Assembly: GCA_959601155.1 (NCBI GenBank)
Contig: CAUGOU010000003.1
Coordinates: forward strand, 46,162-110,161
Origin: Veillonella parvula
Lineage (GTDB): Bacteria > Bacillota > Negativicutes > Veillonellales > Veillonellaceae
Length of the DNA stretch: 64,000 nt
Direction of reading: 5' to 3'
The position numbers and the translations under genes were made by a program. This document shows positions 1 through 9,430 of the stretch, in pieces. A model generated the notes under the pieces. That model ran no database searches, was not told where the DNA came from, and worked only from the letters and a program-made list of their open reading frames with translations. Each line of letters starts with the position of its first letter. The first letter of the stretch is position 1.

Positions 1-437
1 CGAACAAATTTATATGAAGCTACCAGTATTAATATTACCTTTATCAAGAATGGCAAATTACTCTGTAACAGCCAAATAAGCCCTATAACATATGCAGCAA
101 AAATAAATGCCCAATTTATTTTGCTTCTAGGGATAATATCAATACCTAACAACTTACCATGAAGGCCCAATAGAAAATAAAGATAAACTTTCCATTTCGA
201 CTGATAACGTTTATAGGCCTTTTGATAAATAAAATAATAAATCTTTCGTCGTCTGTATACCGGCCATAATACAGGTATGCAAAAAATATAAGCCGGAAAT
301 AAATAACCTAACAAAGATAAAGAAAAGGTATTGTTGCTTTTTTCATAAGCTGCAGCAATTGCAACAACCATAAATAGACCTGCGCCAATCCATCTCATTC
401 TAAAATCATTTAACAGATTTAAAACGTTCTTCTTCAT
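1..437 (-). CDS. Membrane protein, N-terminal fragment; the gene runs off the left window edge
   Basis: I translated the minus strand from ATG 437-435 (MKKNVLNLLNDFRMRWIGAGLFMVVAIAAAYEKSNN...). The frame stays open to base 3 and has several hydrophobic stretches. It is absent from the ORF track because there is no stop inside the window. I do not recognise the family. Confidence 0.4.
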   Translation of the reverse strand, partial: MKKNVLNLLNDFRMRWIGAGLFMVVAIAAAYEKSNNTFSLSLLGYLFPAYIFCIPVLWPVYRRRKIYYFIYQKAYKRYQSKWKVYLYFLLGLHGKLLGIDIIPRSKINWAFIFAAYVIGLIWLLQSNLPFLIKVILILVASYKFV

Positions 438-553
438 ATATAATCTGACCTATCATTAATGTTTATCTGTAATAATTCCATCCTTTTCATAGATTTGTGT
501 TTTAGCATAGCACAATCTTTGATATACATTCTTATAAATCTTTATTCTATCTA

Positions 554-1537
554 TCATAATGCATAATAAAAAATACTGTTACGTTCCTTGTCGTATAACG
601 CAGAGGTTTTATTATACAGCAGATACAATACATATATATTGATAATAGGGACAAATAAGCCAATAATCCAAAATATACTACTATTGCTATCTCTCAAACG
701 TCTAAAGATTATGTTGATAATAATATATATAAGATAAACATATAAAGCATATCGCAGAGCACAGTTTTCGATATTATAATTTAATATCATATTGTATATT
801 ATAAACGCTAAATATACATTAAACAGATTCCATTGTCGAACTGTGCTTCGTCCATTAGGCCAAAGACTGTCAATTAATATGCTTTTATAAAGATCTGTTA
901 AAAGAGGCCTTTTATCTTGGTGACTATAAAAAGAGTTTATAGCTTTAATTTGAGAGGTAGTTAAATCATTACGCTCACCCCAGAGTACATCTATAACCTT
1001 ATTATCAAAAATTATTCCCTTAAGTTCAACATTATTATCTTTTAACCAAAGTTTCCTAGGTACTACAGAAAACAATAACATTGATCCCAAAAGACATGGA
1101 TAGAATAAATCTGGTACATCAACGCCCCATAATATAATATTGTTGGACTCAAAAATAGCTTTTCCGTAAGAAAGGTCAAAATGCTTTCCACCCAATAATA
1201 TCAATAGTAAAAGTACAGTAATTATGATATTTACCCAATTAAATTGCACTTTTTTATAATAATTCAAGCTAGCATAATTTGTAAAAGCTACAAAAAGAAT
1301 ATAAATAACTGTGCCCACATAATATATAATGTCATAAATTTCTTGAGTATATACTATCTCCGGAAGAGTAGATAAAACAAAGATATTTATTCCTATACCA
1401 ATAAACACCAATAAGTTTATAGAAAGGTATGTCTGTATATTGACTGTAAATAATCTAATTGTTTTTAAACGTTGAACTAATATTAATAATTCAAGCTTAA
1501 ATTTTATTAATTCAGAATATAATAGTTGTCTCATCAT
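554..1537 (-). CDS. Multi-pass membrane protein with a C-terminal DUF805-like module
   Basis: 327-aa ORF with many hydrophobic segments. The C-terminal part carries a DUF805 (YhaH/YhaI-type) signature: GRSTVRQWNLF...RRLRDSNSSIFWIIGLFVPIINIYVLYLL. The coding sequence is very AT-rich. Confidence 0.55.
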   Translation of the reverse strand: MMRQLLYSELIKFKLELLILVQRLKTIRLFTVNIQTYLSINLLVFIGIGINIFVLSTLPEIVYTQEIYDIIYYVGTVIYILFVAFTNYASLNYYKKVQFNWVNIIITVLLLLILLGGKHFDLSYGKAIFESNNIILWGVDVPDLFYPCLLGSMLLFSVVPRKLWLKDNNVELKGIIFDNKVIDVLWGERNDLTTSQIKAINSFYSHQDKRPLLTDLYKSILIDSLWPNGRSTVRQWNLFNVYLAFIIYNMILNYNIENCALRYALYVYLIYIIINIIFRRLRDSNSSIFWIIGLFVPIINIYVLYLLYNKTSALYDKERNSIFYYAL

Positions 1538-1571
1538 TCTTCATCTTATGGTAAGTATTGTAATATATGCA

Positions 1572-2384
1572 CTAATTGGAAATATTATAACTTCGCAAAT
1601 ATGATGCTCCTGTTCTTTCATTACAAATTAATACAACTAAATAAGAAAAGTGCTTATCATGTATTAACACAGCGCCAAAACAAGATTCATTATCAACATA
1701 AACTTTTTTCAGCTTATTTCGGGTATTACTTAAACTAGTTAGAATTAAAATAGATTCATCTATGGCAATAAAATAATCACCATCCATATCAAATCGATAC
1801 CATTTCCTATATTCCATAGGAAATTTACGAATAAGACTATTATGCTGATATATCTCAATATCCTCCTCATATACTATCCATTTATTATCTATAAAGCCAA
1901 TACTATTTACACCTTTAATTTCACTTTCCCAATTCTTATATAAAGTGAGTTCATCAGAAGAAGATAGTCTATCAATAGCTGTAAAACTTAAATTATTATC
2001 GACAAAGTCCCAGTGTATCATAAGAGAATTGGCAAATAGGCTAATAGACTCTGATTTAAATACAGAAAAATACAAAATATAAATGCATTCACTCTCAAAA
2101 TTATACTTTATGAACTGTGAATAATGTCTATTTAAATCAATGTACCATAATCCTGCTTCTAAATGGAGTACAATTCTATTATTTTCAGAATCTACAAAAC
2201 TATTTACAATTATAACCTTTGTATTATCTAGTATATAAGAGTCGGCATACTCTAATTGAGGAGTATAAATTATTACTCCTCTATAATCATCATTAACGAT
2301 AACATAGTCTTGTGTCCTATTAATAAAATATAAATCATTTTGTTTAAGTGCAAATTTTATTTCATTTACTAAATTAATCTCCAT
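1572..2384 (-). CDS. Hypothetical soluble protein (270 aa), family not recognised
   Basis: Long ORF without hydrophobic helices. It is on the same strand as the DUF805 genes that flank it and lies 34 nt from the downstream one. I recognised no catalytic motif. Confidence 0.45.
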   Translation of the reverse strand: MEINLVNEIKFALKQNDLYFINRTQDYVIVNDDYRGVIIYTPQLEYADSYILDNTKVIIVNSFVDSENNRIVLHLEAGLWYIDLNRHYSQFIKYNFESECIYILYFSVFKSESISLFANSLMIHWDFVDNNLSFTAIDRLSSSDELTLYKNWESEIKGVNSIGFIDNKWIVYEEDIEIYQHNSLIRKFPMEYRKWYRFDMDGDYFIAIDESILILTSLSNTRNKLKKVYVDNESCFGAVLIHDKHFSYLVVLICNERTGASYLRSYNISN

Positions 2385-2510
2385 AACACCTCTCCCATCA
2401 ACATCATTTATTTATCTCTTGAATTACAATAAGTAATGCGACAAAATAAGTTGTTTTTTAATCTCTTATTTATATATATCAAATGGTATTTTAAACCCAA
2501 GACATTTCAT

Positions 2511-3440
2511 TTAGTCATCTATATGCCAAGATTTTTTAAACAAAAGATGATAACTAACAAAGATATTGATATACGGAATGAAAAGGCCAATAATCCATAA
2601 CCCGCTTAATAGAGAATCGTGAAGTCTACGTATACCTAATGTAATCATTGCGATGGTTGGCCATATTTGGATAACCATAAAACCCCAATGTGGTATATAA
2701 ATAGGTGTACCCAGCTGAACGATTAACGACACTATGGCAATAGCCATATACATAATGACATCCATGAAAATACGAGTTCCTACAAGACCAACCCCAAAGG
2801 CTGATACGGAAGATCTTCCTTTAATATCAAAGAGCTTAGCAAATAAAACATCCCATATACAACCACACACATAGTCAAATGTACCAACATCTTTTTCTTC
2901 ACTAACGGTGGAGCTTCTATCGTAGGCAATAATATAGTTATTATATTTATCCCGTCCTTCATCTAAGCCATACTCATTAGAATCTGGCACACTAAGAGGC
3001 AGGGCAAAACAAGCTAAGACGAAATACTGCCAAAAGAAACCCTCCCAATAAAAACTTTCATTTACAATAGTTCCGAATATAGCTTCCCAACTAAAATTCA
3101 TCCCCCAATACATCCATAAACTTAGGTATGCTATAGGAACCAAAATCATATACCACAAGGATGCCCCACAATCATTTAGTCTACGTTTAAGCAAAAAAAT
3201 AGTTGCAATTACATGTATAATCTGTAGGCATCCAAAATAAATATAAGACAAATACTGACTATCTTGAAGTGAACTACCTTGGATAAGCACTACCAATAAA
3301 CCAAACATAAGATAGGCTAAAAATTTGCTAACCATTACACCAAGCACAGCCCACAAATATGCTAATCGGCCTATACGTTGATTCACTCGTAGCATTTCTA
3401 TATTTTGTTTAAATAGTGAAAGTTCATTATCTAACCACAT
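2511..3440 (-). CDS. Membrane protein with two tandem DUF805-like modules
   Basis: 309 aa. Module 1: RIGRLAYLWAVLG...KRRLNDCGASLWYMILVPIAYLSLWMYW. Module 2: KGRSSVSAFGV...IRRLHDSLLSGLWIIGLFIPYINIFVSYHLL. Both match the GR..R..(Y/F)W ... RRLHD..(S)GW pattern of DUF805. Confidence 0.6.
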   Translation of the reverse strand: MWLDNELSLFKQNIEMLRVNQRIGRLAYLWAVLGVMVSKFLAYLMFGLLVVLIQGSSLQDSQYLSYIYFGCLQIIHVIATIFLLKRRLNDCGASLWYMILVPIAYLSLWMYWGMNFSWEAIFGTIVNESFYWEGFFWQYFVLACFALPLSVPDSNEYGLDEGRDKYNNYIIAYDRSSTVSEEKDVGTFDYVCGCIWDVLFAKLFDIKGRSSVSAFGVGLVGTRIFMDVIMYMAIAIVSLIVQLGTPIYIPHWGFMVIQIWPTIAMITLGIRRLHDSLLSGLWIIGLFIPYINIFVSYHLLFKKSWHIDD

Positions 3441-3780
3441 TAAAATAATTCTCTCTATACGCTCAAAATAATTTTTAATCTACTTTATTCTAATATAAAT
3501 ATATGTATATTAAAATATCAACACTATGAGTCCAGAATATTTATATTGTTTTCCTTTAAACACTAATAGTATACTGAAATTACATATGTTATCAGTTCCC
3601 ACTGATTATTTTGTGGAAAAGAGAGCCTAAGTTTTATTTTATCCATCAACTACTGGATTCAAGATACCAGTGCAAACGACAAACTTCCTGACTTAATATT
3701 GGGGATGAAGTCAAAAAGATATAGAATTACTATTTTTCTGGTACTATAAATTGTACTAAGACTAGTGAAGGAGAGATACT

Positions 3781-4959
3781 TTGGAAACCTGGAAACGTAC
3801 GGTGTATATAAGTTTAATATGTGTATTCTGTACATCCTTTGGGGTGAGCCAATTAGCACCTATTCTCCCTCTATATTTTCATGATCTAGGAGTTCAAACG
3901 CCATCGGCTATGTCTCTCTGGTCAGGTTTAGCAACCGGCGCAACCTATTTAATCGTATGTTTAGTTGCACCATTTTGGGGTCGTATAGCAGATAAAAAAG
4001 GTCGCAAAATTACATTAATACGATCTAGCTTTGGAATGGCTTTATGTAATCTATTGCTCGCCTTTCAAACAACACCTGAAGGGGTTGTAATAATTCGCCT
4101 TATACAAGGTTTAGTAAATGGTTTTTATTCTGCAACTATTACATTGATTGCTTCAGAATCTCCCATTGAACGAACTGGCTGGGCACTTGGCCTATTAGCT
4201 TCGGCCAATCTAGCAGGCTCTCTAATTGGACCTTTACTAGGTGGATATATTGCAGATACTATAGGTATTCGTAATGGCTTTATTTTAGTTGGTATTCTCA
4301 TGGGTTTCGCGGGTTTGCTAGCTACTATTTTTATCCATGAAAATTATGTACCGAAGCCTAATGTTGAAAAACTTTCTATTAGCAAACTAAAAGAACAAAT
4401 TCCTGAATTTAATAGTATTGTAGCATTGTGTATAGCATCCTTTATTTATGCTATATGCATCATGTCCTTACAACCTGTTATCTCCGTATATATTAAAGGT
4501 ATTGTTCCGAGCAACACTGAAAACCTAGCCTTTATTGCAGGAGCGGTGTTCTCTGCCATGGGCATTGCTCAATTAATAAGTAGTTCACCTCTCGGCAAGC
4601 TAGTTGACAAGATTGGTCCTCGCAAGGTATTAGTCGTATCTCTTATCTATGTAGGCTTATTTAACATTCCTCAAGCCTATGTAACTGATATTTACCAGCT
4701 AGCACTCATTCGATTTTTACAAGGCTTCGGCCTAGGTGGCATGTTACCGGCATTAAACACCTACCTTTCTTCAAAAACGCCTCGAGAATTTACGGGACAA
4801 GTATTCTCCTACAACCAATCATGTTTATTTCTTGGTTACTTCTTAGGCGCCGTCGGTGGTGCAAGCCTAATGGCATGGCTAGGTTTTACAACCTTATTCT
4901 GGGCAAGTGGCTGCTTATTTATAATTTCTGCTCTCTGGATTGGCTTAAAACTCAAATAA
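3781..4959 (+). CDS. MFS transporter, multidrug-efflux (MdtG/NorA-like) type
   Basis: 392 aa with about 12 hydrophobic segments and the MFS loop motif WGRIADKKGRK. TTG start at 3781 is preceded by RBS GAAGGAGAG (3766-3774). Confidence 0.75.
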   Translation: METWKRTVYISLICVFCTSFGVSQLAPILPLYFHDLGVQTPSAMSLWSGLATGATYLIVCLVAPFWGRIADKKGRKITLIRSSFGMALCNLLLAFQTTPEGVVIIRLIQGLVNGFYSATITLIASESPIERTGWALGLLASANLAGSLIGPLLGGYIADTIGIRNGFILVGILMGFAGLLATIFIHENYVPKPNVEKLSISKLKEQIPEFNSIVALCIASFIYAICIMSLQPVISVYIKGIVPSNTENLAFIAGAVFSAMGIAQLISSSPLGKLVDKIGPRKVLVVSLIYVGLFNIPQAYVTDIYQLALIRFLQGFGLGGMLPALNTYLSSKTPREFTGQVFSYNQSCLFLGYFLGAVGGASLMAWLGFTTLFWASGCLFIISALWIGLKLK

Positions 4960-4975
4960 TAACGATACATAAAAG

Positions 4976-5053
4976 AAAACCCTTCTATAGCTGATTATTA
5001 AGATTATATTCTCACGAATATGACATATCTAATCAGCATACAGAAGGGTTTTT
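4976..5053. terminator. Long hairpin between convergent genes (bidirectional terminator candidate)
   Basis: Arms AAAACCCTTCTATAGCTGATTA (4976-4997) and TAATCAGCATACAGAAGGGTTTTT (5030-5053) with one bulge. A-run before and T-run after. It lies between the MFS gene (+) and the dcuC-like gene (-). Confidence 0.6.
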
Positions 5054-5172
5054 ATTCTGTGTAATTATGATATTAATATAATTGTAGTGTTGATATAATT
5101 ATAATTTCAATATAACGATCATATTGAACTCACTATAATAACTATACTTTCAAATATATAACTAGTTTAAGA

Positions 5173-6426
5173 CTATAATAACAGTAGCATAATGACTACA
5201 GTCGCAATAATACAAGGCACGGCATTGCGTTTCGCCATTTCCATAGGGTTGATACCTGCAAGTCCCGCAATGATGATACCTGCTCCTGCTACAGGACTCA
5301 TGCTTCGACCGATACCAGCACCAATTTGAGCCATGGATCCAAGTTGCATAATACCATAACCAAAGTCTGCTGCATGCGGTGTTACAGCACCATTAAAAGC
5401 AAGAGCTGCCGCATTACCAGAACCAGAGATAACAGCCAATAAGAATGGACCAAAGGCTGCCCCGATTTGGGCGATTTGTTGAGAGTTCTTCATTCCATCA
5501 ATAAGGGCACTTGTAAGCCCGATGAGTTGCATCCCTGCTGTAAAGCATGCTGCTGCCGCCATAAGGCCAACGACATCACACATACCGTCACCAGTACCGC
5601 GGAAGAACTTCTTAACAGCGTCTGTCACATTAGGACGAACTGCAACGATACCAATCGCTGTACCGATGAGCATGGAAACGGGAACGGAAACTTCTGGAAT
5701 CACCGCTACTTGTTTACTACCAAGTACAAGCATAACAAGTGGAATGATAGGGATAATAGCATAGAAGTAATTTACCTTAAACTCTTTACCTTCCTCTACA
5801 GTATCATGTTTCATCACATACCCTGTATGCTCCTTCTTAACGATAGCAACGATATTAAGCAAAATAGCGGCCACTACGATACCGATAATGGCTTGCATGG
5901 AGAAGCTCGCAATAACTGTCATTACGTCTACGCCTGCCAGTTGCGCTACTTGAGGGTTGAACATAAGCCCTGGGCTCAAGGAGCTCCCCCATGTACCTAA
6001 GAAGATAGCAGAACCAGCCATCGCTGGGTGCACACCAGAACGAATTAAAGCCGGAATCAATAGCGCACCTACGGCAGCGGCACAGCCTGCCGCTGTAGGC
6101 AGTGCAATATTAATTAAGAATGTAATAATAACGGCACCTGGGATGATGATTTTAGTCATCTTTTTAAGCCCTGCGGAAATGAAATACACCATATGCTCCG
6201 TACATTTTGTATATTCCATAACGTAGCTAAAGCCAAGTACCGTACAGATAGTCGGTACAAGACCTGGATTTGTAAGTTCTTTTACAAAGGCTGTCGTACC
6301 AGCTCCAAGGTTGCCCCCAATAAAGCACATCAATAATCCCGATAATAATAATACGAGCCGTGTTTCAAACTGTTTAATAATAGCGATAAACGTTGCTACT
6401 ACGATAACAATACCTGTAATAACCAT
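5173..6426 (-). CDS. dcuC: Anaerobic C4-dicarboxylate carrier family (DcuC-type) transporter
   Basis: Polytopic protein of about 417 aa with DcuC-like N-terminus and length. The ORF track begins at a TTG (6456). ATG at 6426 (MVITGIV...) has RBS GGAGAG just upstream, so I prefer it. Confidence 0.6.
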   Translation of the reverse strand: MVITGIVIVVATFIAIIKQFETRLVLLLSGLLMCFIGGNLGAGTTAFVKELTNPGLVPTICTVLGFSYVMEYTKCTEHMVYFISAGLKKMTKIIIPGAVIITFLINIALPTAAGCAAAVGALLIPALIRSGVHPAMAGSAIFLGTWGSSLSPGLMFNPQVAQLAGVDVMTVIASFSMQAIIGIVVAAILLNIVAIVKKEHTGYVMKHDTVEEGKEFKVNYFYAIIPIIPLVMLVLGSKQVAVIPEVSVPVSMLIGTAIGIVAVRPNVTDAVKKFFRGTGDGMCDVVGLMAAAACFTAGMQLIGLTSALIDGMKNSQQIAQIGAAFGPFLLAVISGSGNAAALAFNGAVTPHAADFGYGIMQLGSMAQIGAGIGRSMSPVAGAGIIIAGLAGINPMEMAKRNAVPCIIATVVIMLLLL

Positions 6427-6596
6427 AACTCTCCTATCCGTGTACATAGGATGCAAGATAACTATATCCCCTCTATAAACGCTTTACACCCAATACACAA
6501 CTAACAACACTAAATACAATAGTCCTATCTATTTCTTACACCTAATAGGCCTAACAATAGTAAAAGTAATCACTTTATTATATACAGTATAATCAT

Positions 6597-6644
6597 ATAA
6601 CTATATAACTACTTATCTATATAACTACATAACTACATAACTAT
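6597..6644. repeat. Tandem 8-nt repeat ATAACTA(Y), about 6 copies
   Basis: Read directly: ataactat ataactac ttatctat ataactac ataactac ataactat. It sits immediately 3' of the stop codon of the M20 gene at 6658. Confidence 0.8.
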
Positions 6645-6657
6645 ATAAAGAAGTATA

Positions 6658-7902
6658 TTAAACAAGCTTTGTTTCTTCCAAGCTAAGTTTTCTAAGTACC
6701 TTGTCAAGTACCTCTGCACCCGTTACAATATCATCCATTTCAGCAAATTCTGCAGGATTATGACTGATGCCATCACGGCATGGAATAAAAATCATTCCCG
6801 TCGGAACTGCCTCTGCCCAATGCATCGCATCATGACCGGCACCACTCGGCATTGTCATGTACTCCACACCGACAGACTTAACAGCTTCTTCGATTTCTCG
6901 AATCATCGCCGGGTGCATCTCCACTGGATGGTCCTGTGCAATTGTTTCAATTGTATACGATAATCCACGTTTCTCGGCAGTAATGTCAATAAATTCTTTA
7001 ACAAGAGTAACTACAGAATTACGAGCTGCCTTAGATATGCTGCGAATGTCTACCCCTAGCTTCACAGCACCAGGAATGACATTCATCGCACCAGGCATAA
7101 CCTCTACAACACCAACAGTACCCACCACGGGTGGCACCTCTTGCATGGATGCAATCTCCTCGATGCCGAGGATGATTTTTGAGGCCCCACATAGAGCATC
7201 ATGACGCAAATTCATCGGCGTAGCTCCACTATGATCGGCATTACCACGAATGGTCACATAGAATCGCTCTGGCGCGGCAATACCAGTCACAATGCCAATC
7301 GTTTTCTGTTCGTGCTCCAGCACCTTGCCTTGCTCGATATGAATTTCTGTGAAAGACTTTACAGGTCGTATATATTCCATTTCTTCAATCCCATCGGGAT
7401 TTAAATTGCGACCTTTCAATGCTTCGTACAAGGAAACTCCTTGTTTATCTACCAAGCGGTGTAAGTCTTGTAATGTCAATTCACCGCGCATGGCCTTACT
7501 ACCTAGAGTAGCATCCCCAAAGCGACCGGACTCTTCGCACATAAAAGACACCACAGCGATGGTATGATCATGTTTATAGCCATCATCGGTCATGCTACGA
7601 ATTACTTCAATGGCAGACAATACGCCGACCACACCATCGTAATTGCCTCCATTGGGTACGCTATCCGTATGAGACCCCACCATGACAACTGGCAAATCTG
7701 GTTTCTTACCAATCTTATAGCCAATGACATTACCAAAATCGTCCATTTCAACGGATAAACCCGCATCAGTCATGCGATCTATAATATATTGACGTCCTGC
7801 CCAATCTGCATCGGTGAAAGCAAGGCGATTAATGCCCTCACCAGGAGCCGTCAATTGGGCCATAACCTCAAAATCCTTAACTAATCGCTCTCGTTGAATC
7901 AT
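6658..7902 (-). CDS. M20-family Zn-dependent hydrolase, allantoate amidohydrolase / N-carbamoyl-L-amino-acid hydrolase type
   Basis: Motifs GINRLAFTDADW and GSHTDSVPNGGNYDGVVGV are typical of AllC/AmaB-type M20 enzymes. ATG at 7902 has RBS GAGGTG; the track start at 7914 is a GTG. Confidence 0.75.
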   Translation of the reverse strand: MIQRERLVKDFEVMAQLTAPGEGINRLAFTDADWAGRQYIIDRMTDAGLSVEMDDFGNVIGYKIGKKPDLPVVMVGSHTDSVPNGGNYDGVVGVLSAIEVIRSMTDDGYKHDHTIAVVSFMCEESGRFGDATLGSKAMRGELTLQDLHRLVDKQGVSLYEALKGRNLNPDGIEEMEYIRPVKSFTEIHIEQGKVLEHEQKTIGIVTGIAAPERFYVTIRGNADHSGATPMNLRHDALCGASKIILGIEEIASMQEVPPVVGTVGVVEVMPGAMNVIPGAVKLGVDIRSISKAARNSVVTLVKEFIDITAEKRGLSYTIETIAQDHPVEMHPAMIREIEEAVKSVGVEYMTMPSGAGHDAMHWAEAVPTGMIFIPCRDGISHNPAEFAEMDDIVTGAEVLDKVLRKLSLEETKLV

Positions 7903-7965
7903 GTAACACCTCACAATCTATTACATCAATTACTGACAAACCATATGGTGGCTAGTCTGTAAAGT

Positions 7966-9261
7966 TTATTTTAAATAGTGAGCAGCAATTGTCCCTAATG
8001 CTACGATACCGTTTAACATATCCTCTTCATCGATATCAAAGAGCGGATTGTGATGTGGCGCTTTAATAGCAGACCCCACAACCATATAGGTCGCTCTTCC
8101 GCCACGATCGATGACACGATTCAAGAAATACGCACAGTCTTCACTACCGCCACCGCTGTAATCGAATGGCACCTCTTTAAAGATCCCAAGTGGTTCCACG
8201 ATAGCTTGTACTTCACGAGCTAAATCATCGCTGATGCGACCTGCAGGAGTTTCTCCTTGTTTTGTGATTTCAAAGGTACAATCGTGCATTTCTGCAGCAC
8301 CTTTAATAATAGTCTTAGACCGTTCAATCATGTAATCATTGATTTCTGTAGTGGCACCACGAGTTTCTAGTTTAAGCACCGCCACATCAGGCGTCACATT
8401 GCGACCTGTACCGCTTTCAAAAACACCTACATTCATGCGAGAAGCGCCTTGACTATGACGAGCGATGGCTTGTAAGTTAAGAACCGCTGTACAGCCGGCG
8501 AGCATTGCATTTTGTGCCTTTTCAGGGGAGCCACCAGCATGAGCAGAATAACCGTGGAATACCGCATCAAGTTTTGTAGTGGCTAAGAAGCCATGATCAC
8601 TACATGCAAAGCAATTGGATAATTTTTCGTTAAACCCAATATGCATGCCGAACATCAAATCCACATCATCTACTACGCCTGTTTCCGCCATCGCTTTAGC
8701 ACCGCGCACGCCTTCCTCTGCTGGTTGGAAAATAAGTTTAATGGTGCCTTTGAATTCATCCTTGTGAGTAGCCAAGTATTCGGCAAGACCTAACCCCATC
8801 GTCATATGTGCATCATGACCACAGGCGTGCATCGCTTTATCGTGACAAGAACGGAATCCTTCCTTTGTAGGCACATGGCTATCCTCTTTAGCTTCGATGA
8901 CATCGTTAGAGTCCATATCTACACGAAATGCTACTACAGGGCCTTCACCGCCAAAGTTCATAGTTGCAACAATGGCCGTTTTACCATAACTCATCTTTTC
9001 TACAAGCTCAGGATTTGCACCTTCTTCGATGGCTCGATCCATAGCAGCTTTCATGACCTCATCACTAGGCAAACCCATGCGAGAGTCTAAATCGAGTACA
9101 TCTGCGCCCAACGCCACATCATAGCCCAAAGAAATAAGCCTATCCGCTACCTTTGTAGCAGAGCGATACTCAAGCCAAGCAGGTTCAGGGTACATATGAA
9201 AATCTCGACGCATAGCGATTAACGCATCGCGCCGTTGTTGCACGAAATCTTTTACAGACAT
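7966..9261 (-). CDS. M20D-family amidohydrolase (aminoacylase / hippurate hydrolase / AbgA-like)
   Basis: 431 aa with MHACGHDAHMTMGLG metal-binding motif. ATG at 9261 is preceded by RBS GGAGGT. Confidence 0.75.
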   Translation of the reverse strand: MSVKDFVQQRRDALIAMRRDFHMYPEPAWLEYRSATKVADRLISLGYDVALGADVLDLDSRMGLPSDEVMKAAMDRAIEEGANPELVEKMSYGKTAIVATMNFGGEGPVVAFRVDMDSNDVIEAKEDSHVPTKEGFRSCHDKAMHACGHDAHMTMGLGLAEYLATHKDEFKGTIKLIFQPAEEGVRGAKAMAETGVVDDVDLMFGMHIGFNEKLSNCFACSDHGFLATTKLDAVFHGYSAHAGGSPEKAQNAMLAGCTAVLNLQAIARHSQGASRMNVGVFESGTGRNVTPDVAVLKLETRGATTEINDYMIERSKTIIKGAAEMHDCTFEITKQGETPAGRISDDLAREVQAIVEPLGIFKEVPFDYSGGGSEDCAYFLNRVIDRGGRATYMVVGSAIKAPHHNPLFDIDEEDMLNGIVALGTIAAHYLK

Positions 9262-9430
9262 AAATACCTCCGTAACAAACTAATAATCACGTATACATTT
9301 ACTATATGAATAGATAGGTAAATAGTCAACTAAATGGCACATGTATACAGTATCTAAAATATACTGTATGTTATAACAAAAAACACATATACCACGAAAT
9401 GATTTCTGTGATATATGTGTGCTTATCAAT

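Noticed and set aside
1-3440. Calling the AT-rich left-edge island, or the toxin cassette at 23163-25774, a defined mobile element.
   Set aside because: No integrase, transposase, flanking direct repeats or tRNA-adjacent attachment site is visible in the window. Only the composition and gene content are atypical.
5467-6226. Three plus-strand ORFs (177, 80 and 89 aa) inside the DcuC-type gene. Similar nested ORFs occur in the M20, EF-G, hisF/A/D, PrpD and DUF979 genes.
   Set aside because: All are antisense or alternate-frame to well-supported genes. They have no RBS and low-complexity translations.
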